A stretch of DNA of 32,000 bases from Desulfotalea psychrophila LSv54 (lineage in GTDB: Bacteria > Desulfobacterota > Desulfobulbia > Desulfobulbales > Desulfocapsaceae), in contig NC_006138.1 of assembly GCF_000025945.1 (NCBI RefSeq), forward strand, positions 2,250,001 to 2,282,000. Reading direction: 5' to 3'. Position numbers and translations under genes: made by a program. The notes beneath the pieces are model-generated. The model did no database searches. It was not told where the DNA came from and saw only the letters and a program-made list of their open reading frames with translations. This document shows, piece after piece, positions 26,112 through 32,000 of this stretch (positions are counted from its first letter, which is position 1; each line of letters opens with the position of its first letter).

Positions 26112-27467
26112 TTAAGTCACCGGTTCTTCGTAAGAATGGGATTCACTCAGACTTCCACCATAGCTCCATGTTTCACCTTTACGCTCAGAACCCTGATATC
26201 CATGAGAGATAGAGGTGTTCACCGCGCCAAGGGCAGAGGCCAGAGATTGAGCTGAAACACTGGCAACAGCCTCACCAATCCTCTCTGCTAAAGACTCTTT
26301 ATTCATATAGGCCTGTAGATTAATTTTTTCATTCTCAATGGCCTGAGTTACTTTCAGTTTAGAAGCCTCTAACCCCATTTTGGCCTCTTCAATAAGCATT
26401 TGATACTGTTTTGATACTGCATCAATCTCAGCAGTATAAATAGTTATTTCTGATTGGCGAACATCAACGAGCCCCCTGTTCTTGCTAGTGATAGACTCAA
26501 TTTTAGATTTGTAAACTTCGGCCTGTCCTAAATATATCCTTACAAGACCATCGTTATATTCGGTAATTCCCTTGATCTTAGAGACAAGTGCCTCCAAACT
26601 AATTTTTATCCCCTCCCACTGAGCCAGATATAATTTTACATTCTGCTCATAGGCTCGGAGAAGGTAGTCCGTTGTCGCTTTCTGGATCTCGACATTGCGT
26701 CCCTCCCTGTTTTCAAAAGCTTCTCGTAAAAGCTGTTCAAGCTGTGTTCCCGTAGTGATTGCAAACTTCTTATAATCAAAAGCCATCTCAAAATCTTTAA
26801 TGGTGATGGTGTTGAGCGCATCTTGATCGCGTTTCATTATCTCGGCAGAGAAATTAATTTGCATAGCAGCAACTTGCCCGGAGGGGAGTTCAAAACCCCT
26901 ACTTCCCACTGCGTCCAGGGTTTTTCTGTACTCCCTGTCTTGGCTTAATCTTCTGCTCTCCTGCTCACGTTGAACCATGGCAAGATGGGTAGCATCGGAA
27001 AGGCCTGGCCCCTCCTCTAAAATAGCCGCATGTACCTTAGAAAAAAGAGCTTGCCACATTTCTGAGGTATATTCATGCTGGGTATAATCAAAACTTACAT
27101 CCACCTTGCTGGGAGGAACAGGAGCAATAAAAGAAAAATCTATATCACCCAATTCTTCAAAAACTGGTGGGTCGCCTATGTCAGCAGGAAAGCTATCGTC
27201 CAAAACCAAAGCCGGAAAATTTGGCATGGGGGGATATTCAGGGGCATCTATGCCGGGAATATTCACATTCACAATACTGGTTGCCGGGTCATATTCTCCT
27301 AATGCAGTTTCCAAATTGAGCAGAGCCGTATCCACCTTTGTCTTCATTGCATCAGCATAGGCGGTGGTACTGTCTATAATGTCGGTGATCTCTGTATACA
27401 TGCTTGTCGGGTTCACACTAGCCGCAGGCAGATTTATTTTCTCCGCCCCTGAAATTGCAAGAGTCAT
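26112..27467 (-). CDS. Phage coiled-coil-rich tail/neck protein (451 aa)
   Basis: MTLAISGAEKINLPAASVNP...; long alpha-helical heptad-rich middle and C-terminal region (EQLLREAFENREGRNVEIQKATTDYLLRAYEQNVKLYLAQWEGIK). Position in the late operon. Confidence 0.75.
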   Translation of the reverse strand: MTLAISGAEKINLPAASVNPTSMYTEITDIIDSTTAYADAMKTKVDTALLNLETALGEYDPATSIVNVNIPGIDAPEYPPMPNFPALVLDDSFPADIGDPPVFEELGDIDFSFIAPVPPSKVDVSFDYTQHEYTSEMWQALFSKVHAAILEEGPGLSDATHLAMVQREQESRRLSQDREYRKTLDAVGSRGFELPSGQVAAMQINFSAEIMKRDQDALNTITIKDFEMAFDYKKFAITTGTQLEQLLREAFENREGRNVEIQKATTDYLLRAYEQNVKLYLAQWEGIKISLEALVSKIKGITEYNDGLVRIYLGQAEVYKSKIESITSKNRGLVDVRQSEITIYTAEIDAVSKQYQMLIEEAKMGLEASKLKVTQAIENEKINLQAYMNKESLAERIGEAVASVSAQSLASALGAVNTSISHGYQGSERKGETWSYGGSLSESHSYEEPVT

Positions 27468-27469
27468 AG

Positions 27470-28702
27470 CTATTGTCTCCTTCTGCTAAACTTTGATATC
27501 ATTATACTTAAATCAATTTGCTCTATCTCGAAACACGCACAAGAAACAACTTTTAGAGTCATATATCTACCTACAAGACCTTTGCCTACCTTGACACGAA
27601 CCTCACACATTCCCTCATTTTTCACCTCAAAAGGATAACTATGCCATTGTCCATTTCTATCTGCCATAACCAACAATTCATAATCACCGATACCCTGTAA
27701 TCTCAGATATGCGCTGTTTATAGATTTCTGGTTTTTGTTTCCAAAATCGGTTGTTGCAAAAGCAAAACATTTTTCCTTGCCTGATTTTATGGATTTTTCC
27801 AAATTATACAGTCCGTCAAAACCGGCAATATATGTCTGGTCAGCAACGGCAAGTATACTGCGAGTCTGTAATGAGTTCTCGCTAACAGCCTTACTCCCCA
27901 CCTCACCAACAGCTCCTTGAACATGCATACCACCTTCCGCTCCACCAAGAATAATCTCGGTCTTTCCACGGACGGTTAGTGAGTTGTACTCTTTTTTAAG
28001 CTCATATCTTTTATTGGTAAGATTAAAAACAGAACCACTTGGAAGCCCTAGAAACACTCCTTCAGGAGTAGCAAACAGCAACGACATTTGAGATGTTTCA
28101 AAACCAAAAAGCATAGGGTCTACAAGGTGAGAGCTATTTGCCCATTCAAAAGCAGGGAAATTAAGAATTTTTCGATGGCTCCATGTATCCGGATTTGTAC
28201 CGCCCACGAAATAAACGGCTGTCTCATCTGAAACAAAAAAACCTTCGCCTACAGAGCGAACCATCCGCACCCTAGAACCATAGCGAAGACGATTTTTTAC
28301 CATATCGACCACACCGGGAAGACCATGTTCAGAGAAGATAACTTCTTGCCCTACAGCAAAAAGAATACGCCCTGCAATACTATCTATATGAGTTGCAATA
28401 GGCGCAGGGTAAAAGCTAGATTTAGCATCTGGCCCAGGCCAAGTTTGGGATACCCAAGGGGAACTGGTAAAGACTATTTCTGCAGGAATCTCAGCACGGG
28501 CCACAGAAAAAGACTCGAAAATTAAAATACAATCGGACACGCCTTTAATTACTACAGGAGTATCTACTTTCACCGCACAGTTAAAGCCAAGGCCTATGGT
28601 GGCCTCTGCTAGTGCATGGGTGACAGCTGGCAACACCCGTACCTCTGTGTTAAAACTGAGGCCAAACATTGTAGCAGATTTTATATACTGACTATTTGCC
28701 AT
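27470..28702 (-). CDS. Phage protein resembling the C-terminal beta-repeat part of a podovirus 'NNVxDPxRL' structural protein family
   Basis: 410 aa; 'IAGRILFAVGQEVIFSEHGLPG', 'GEGFFVSDETAVYFVGGTNPDTWSHRKI', 'MSLLFATPEGVFLGLPSGSVFNLTNKRYE' match my recollection of the C-terminal pattern of that family. Starts with ATG 28702. Confidence 0.7.
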   Translation of the reverse strand: MANSQYIKSATMFGLSFNTEVRVLPAVTHALAEATIGLGFNCAVKVDTPVVIKGVSDCILIFESFSVARAEIPAEIVFTSSPWVSQTWPGPDAKSSFYPAPIATHIDSIAGRILFAVGQEVIFSEHGLPGVVDMVKNRLRYGSRVRMVRSVGEGFFVSDETAVYFVGGTNPDTWSHRKILNFPAFEWANSSHLVDPMLFGFETSQMSLLFATPEGVFLGLPSGSVFNLTNKRYELKKEYNSLTVRGKTEIILGGAEGGMHVQGAVGEVGSKAVSENSLQTRSILAVADQTYIAGFDGLYNLEKSIKSGKEKCFAFATTDFGNKNQKSINSAYLRLQGIGDYELLVMADRNGQWHSYPFEVKNEGMCEVRVKVGKGLVGRYMTLKVVSCACFEIEQIDLSIMISKFSRRRQ

Positions 28703-28740
28703 TTTATGTGCCCTTAACGTAAGGCCTACAGCCTGTTTTG

Positions 28741-30573
28741 TTATACTACGGGAACTTCTGGCACAATGTTAATATTAAAAGAGTCCACATTGAAATCAGC
28801 ACCAACCACCACATTGCCACTGGTCAAAACCATTGGGGCGAGGCTAGTATCGCCTCCGGCATCAACCACGATACCACCATCAAAACGCTCAGAGGCAGTA
28901 GAGGCTCCGGTAATTACCTCCACATCGTAACAACGGAAATAGAGAGGTGTTCCCGTGGTTAACCACTTACCACTCCATGAATTTGCCGCAGCGAGTTGTA
29001 GCGCACCCACTGACCCGCCTGTTGGTTCAAGAACCAAACCATTCTCCGCATTACCCGCAACATGAGCAAGACCATCTTTGGAAACGACAGCCAGGAGAAC
29101 ACCTGTCTCAGCCGCATCTGAATTAGCAGGGACACCTGCAGAATCATCATAGATATGAATAACTCCACCGCTTTGTTGGGTGATAAAATTGTTCACAACC
29201 TTCTGCATGATACCAGTTGATACTTTGACGATTGGCATGTCTGGAAATCCTCCAATTAATTTTTTAGTGATAGTACCCGATACAGTGGTTGCAGGGAAAG
29301 TGACCTCACCCGCAAGAGAAGAGAGAACAATAGGGCTCGCAACACTCTCTGTAGAAAAGCCTAGCCCCATGATAGTGCTAGAACTTATCTCAATAGGGAG
29401 AGGTGGAGCGGCCTCTGCAACCAAAGATAACTTGGTTGTATAAACATCTCCATCATCCCATGTCTGATCGCAGATAAGCGTATAGGGCGTTCTACCATCA
29501 CCATAAGCCCCACGATGAAATTGGTGATAATCAACGAGCTGTTGAATTCCGATAGAAACCACACCGCTTGCGACAGTAATGGGATGGGCACTGACACAAT
29601 AGTTACTTTTACAAAAGAGGACAAAGCTGTCAGGCTCGTCTGTTTCTTGCAGATACGTTTCCCCGATAGAGGCAGCTTCTCCCTCTGGGTTTGTTTGAAG
29701 AAATTGCACCCCGGTATCCGTGGCTACCCCACCACTTTGATTTGCCGGGAAGGTAAAGAAGTTGCCGTTTACTTTCTCTTCCGATATCAGAAACAAATCT
29801 TCCGATGCACAGTAAACGATAGAATCCTCGCGGCCAGAAGCCTTCGTCCCATCAAACGGACAAATCTCGGCGGAATCTGGATGAATCATATCTGTCAATT
29901 CATCCCATGAACCTGTAACAACAGGATGCGTGGCGTAATTCCAAATAGCAAACCTGCTGCCACTTACAGCAACATGGTTGCCGAAAAGAGAAAACGCAAA
30001 AGAATATTCCGCACCCGCTACGGCAACGCTTTCACCAACGACCAAACTACGAAGAAAAACATTTGGGGAAACATTGTCTACCCAAGCAGTGTTGTATAGC
30101 ATTAAAAGCGGAGCAGGGGCGGTAGGAGCCGCTGGATTGTAGTGCGACGCAAGTGAAAACTTACCATAGCCAACAGTTACACCAGCTTTAAGCACGGAAG
30201 GGGCACCTATTGTAATTGCGTAGGTGCTTTTGTCGTAACTTATTTTGCAAGCTTCTAACCTGCCGTCGGTTGAATACGCCAGAACAAAGCTACCACTATT
30301 TGAGTCCCATTCTAGGGCAACGAAATCAATATCTTCAAACGGTGTGGGGATTTCAAACATTACCTCCCCACGGGCAACTGCGCTAAACACGCCATCTGCC
30401 TCTGTCATTTCTACTAAGCTCAGTCGCCCCTTAGCTCCATCCAGATTCCAATAAGATGACTCGTCAGCAAAGTTTAAAATGAAGTTGTTCGCTCTGTCGG
30501 TAGCCGTATGGAGTTGTGCTGGAAATATGGCCGAAGGCGATTCTAGCCCCGGATTAACTATTTCTATTGTCAT
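28741..30573 (-). CDS. Large phage beta-rich structural protein (610 aa; possible fibre/spike or decoration) with a C-terminal domain shared with the 30633..31082 product
   Basis: MTIEIVNPGLESPSAIFPAQLHTATDRANNFILNF...; C-terminal 'SGGVIHIYDDSAGVPANSDAAETGVLLAVVSKDGLAH...WSGKWLTTGTPLYFRCYD...'. Confidence 0.8.
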   Translation of the reverse strand: MTIEIVNPGLESPSAIFPAQLHTATDRANNFILNFADESSYWNLDGAKGRLSLVEMTEADGVFSAVARGEVMFEIPTPFEDIDFVALEWDSNSGSFVLAYSTDGRLEACKISYDKSTYAITIGAPSVLKAGVTVGYGKFSLASHYNPAAPTAPAPLLMLYNTAWVDNVSPNVFLRSLVVGESVAVAGAEYSFAFSLFGNHVAVSGSRFAIWNYATHPVVTGSWDELTDMIHPDSAEICPFDGTKASGREDSIVYCASEDLFLISEEKVNGNFFTFPANQSGGVATDTGVQFLQTNPEGEAASIGETYLQETDEPDSFVLFCKSNYCVSAHPITVASGVVSIGIQQLVDYHQFHRGAYGDGRTPYTLICDQTWDDGDVYTTKLSLVAEAAPPLPIEISSSTIMGLGFSTESVASPIVLSSLAGEVTFPATTVSGTITKKLIGGFPDMPIVKVSTGIMQKVVNNFITQQSGGVIHIYDDSAGVPANSDAAETGVLLAVVSKDGLAHVAGNAENGLVLEPTGGSVGALQLAAANSWSGKWLTTGTPLYFRCYDVEVITGASTASERFDGGIVVDAGGDTSLAPMVLTSGNVVVGADFNVDSFNINIVPEVPVV

Positions 30574-30632
30574 GATATTTACCTTTTAAAATTATCGTAA
30601 AACATATTAATCTATCCCTAACCCCTCGCTAC

Positions 30633-31082
30633 CTATGCTGGTGGATTATTGACATTCAGAGTCACGATAATACTCTGGCCCATATCAACAGTTACATTTT
30701 CAAGCAACAGATCGGCATCGGCCACACCGACAGAACCATCCCATCGAACAGCAACATCGGACGCATCGGTGATTTCGTCTTTATCGTAAAAACGGAACCA
30801 AGTTGCCTCACCCGTAGCAACCCAAGTGCCCTTCCATTCTTCTCCTTCGGCAGGGCTAATTACGCCATCTACCGGAGAACCAAAATTGAGACCATTTGTC
30901 ACCTCCCCAGGAGTATGCGCCAAACCATCTACTGTGATAATTCCGAGCAGCGTTCCCGCCTCTGCATCATCTGCTGAGGCAGGTTGCGTTCCGCTGTAGA
31001 TATGAAGAACGCCACCGGCAAACCGAGCGGCAAAGGCAATAAGCTCAGCCAAGATCATTCCTTTTGCTTTTTTCACACTCAT
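30633..31082 (-). CDS. Small phage structural protein, beta-sandwich-like (149 aa)
   Basis: 'GGVLHIYSGTQPASADDAEAGTLLGIITVDGLAHTPG...WKGTWVATGEATWFRFYDKDEITDASDVAVRWDGS', a recurring small-protein family in podovirus neck/tail modules. Confidence 0.8.
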   Translation of the reverse strand: MSVKKAKGMILAELIAFAARFAGGVLHIYSGTQPASADDAEAGTLLGIITVDGLAHTPGEVTNGLNFGSPVDGVISPAEGEEWKGTWVATGEATWFRFYDKDEITDASDVAVRWDGSVGVADADLLLENVTVDMGQSIIVTLNVNNPPA

Positions 31083-31100
31083 TATATAATCCCTCTGTTG

Positions 31101-31502
31101 TTACTGGCCTTCATTAAGGGCCAAAATCCCGTTTTCAAAACCGTTACAGTAGAAAACGTTGCTCCCCAGGAGCGTATAGGAAATTCGTGCGCCTTGTGTT
31201 AAAGCAGAACGAATACCCTGTTTAGTTATCCCGTTAGCATTTGTTTGTATGAAAAATAAAGCCGTATCTGCTTCTCTATCTTCTGCAATAAAAAAATTAT
31301 CCCCCAAGGGAAACATCGAATGATAAGCACCCTCAGCCAACTTCTTTACATCTAGGGCAGAAACAATAGCCCCGGTATGGTCTATCTCAATATCACGGCA
31401 ATCTTCTAGTGTTGATTGCCCTTTCGCAATGACTAATCTTGCCGGATCATCGACGTTATTCAGGCCTAAACAATTATTGTATAAAACGATATCATGGGCC
31501 AT
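31101..31502 (-). CDS. Short phage protein equivalent to the N-terminal part of the podovirus 'NNVxDPxRL' structural protein family
   Basis: 133 aa; 'NNCLGLNNVDDPARLVIAKGQSTLEDCRDIEIDHTGAIVSA...GAYHSMFPLGDNFFIAED...ISYTLLGSNVFYCNGFENG', then a stop. Confidence 0.75.
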   Translation of the reverse strand: MAHDIVLYNNCLGLNNVDDPARLVIAKGQSTLEDCRDIEIDHTGAIVSALDVKKLAEGAYHSMFPLGDNFFIAEDREADTALFFIQTNANGITKQGIRSALTQGARISYTLLGSNVFYCNGFENGILALNEGQ

Positions 31503-31520
31503 ATTCTTTCCCCATAACGA

Positions 31521-32000
31521 TTACCATAAGTGATTACGATGTGGGCGATTCTGGCTATTAAGTCTCTGCCTGTTGGCCCTGAGCATATCGCCAAAATAAT
31601 CCTCAAATTTTTCCAGATGAACTGCGGCAACTTGTGGTGCATAGGAATCCAAATCAACATCGGAAAGAGCTAAATAAACAGCCCAATGATGCAACCTGCT
31701 ATGGTGTCTTTCAGAAATAACCGGCTCGCTATCCACATCATTCAGGGACAGCTTTTCGCTTGCAAGTGGCGTTCTGTACCCCTCCAATTCGATAATACCG
31801 CCACCAAAGGGGGGGGGCGGTAGAATAAATATTTTCTTATCGTCTGTGATAAGGAAAGCCGGGTCGCCCACAGCTTGAAGGTCGGGTAAGTTGTTGCGGA
31901 AAGAGAGGTCGCCACGGGAACGAATTTCCAAGTCAGTTCGTTGCCCGGAAGAATTAAGGAAATGGGCGATATCAATTTTATAAAGACTTCCGCTAATGTC
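31521..32000 (-). CDS. Phage neck/tail-completion-type protein, 5' end truncated by window
   Basis: The frame is open to the window edge: codons from 32000 read DISGSLYKIDIAHFLNSSGQRTD before the track's TTG start at 31931 (LEIRSRGDLSFRNNLPDLQAVGDPAFLITDDKK...). The true N-terminus is therefore outside the window. Confidence 0.8.
   Translation of the reverse strand, partial: DISGSLYKIDIAHFLNSSGQRTDLEIRSRGDLSFRNNLPDLQAVGDPAFLITDDKKIFILPPPPFGGGIIELEGYRTPLASEKLSLNDVDSEPVISERHHSRLHHWAVYLALSDVDLDSYAPQVAAVHLEKFEDYFGDMLRANRQRLNSQNRPHRNHLW

Larger units (their letters stand above)
12650..32000 (-). mobile_element. Prophage, late/virion structural and ejection module (partial; continues beyond window)
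   Basis: More than nine consecutive minus-strand genes with tight spacing, including podovirus-type neck/tail proteins and a giant polyvalent (LPD-type) protein, abutting a tRNA gene. The exact boundary near the tRNA is not resolved. No integrase is visible in the window. Confidence 0.85.

Noticed and set aside
1-32000. CRISPR array or diversity-generating retroelement
   Set aside because: No regularly spaced direct repeats with spacers, no reverse transcriptase ORF, and no template/variable repeat pair noticed by eye.
12600-32000. Integrase, repressor or other lysogeny genes in the prophage segment
   Set aside because: None of the minus- or plus-strand ORFs here shows a tyrosine/serine recombinase or CI-like signature; these genes must lie outside the window if present.

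Overview
The window has two parts. (A) Positions 1 to ~12.6 kb look like a chromosomal backbone of a Gram-negative bacterium (sulfate-reducer/Desulfobulbales-like is my guess, not tested). It carries a polar amino-acid ABC transporter operon (partial SBP, permease, ATPase). A convergent two-gene c-type cytochrome operon follows on the minus strand: an octaheme tetrathionate-reductase-like protein and a heptaheme/cytochrome-b fusion. Next are a PIF1/RecD-like helicase with HRDC-like and HTH-like C-terminal segments, a same-strand pair encoding a GrpE-like protein and a very divergent 944-aa Hsp70-like ATPase, an rlpA gene, and tRNA-Thr(CGT). (B) Positions ~12.65 to 32.0 kb are the late/virion module of a prophage, all on the minus strand. 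It ends beside the tRNA with a 3196-aa polyvalent protein that contains a 2H-phosphoesterase motif pair, an HEWWH zincin, a phosphoribosyltransferase-like motif, a second metallopeptidase-like motif and internal repeats. The best candidates for something undescribed are the GrpE-like/Hsp70-like dyad (8156-11692) and the candidate enzymatic domains of the giant, probably ejected, phage protein. Two architectural oddities in the virion module are also notable: a shared domain duplicated between two proteins, and a protein family that appears split over two non-adjacent genes. The supplied ORF track labels 1926..3629 as '+', but the sequence shows that this protein is encoded on the minus strand. 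All domain assignments are by eye from motifs; no searches were run.
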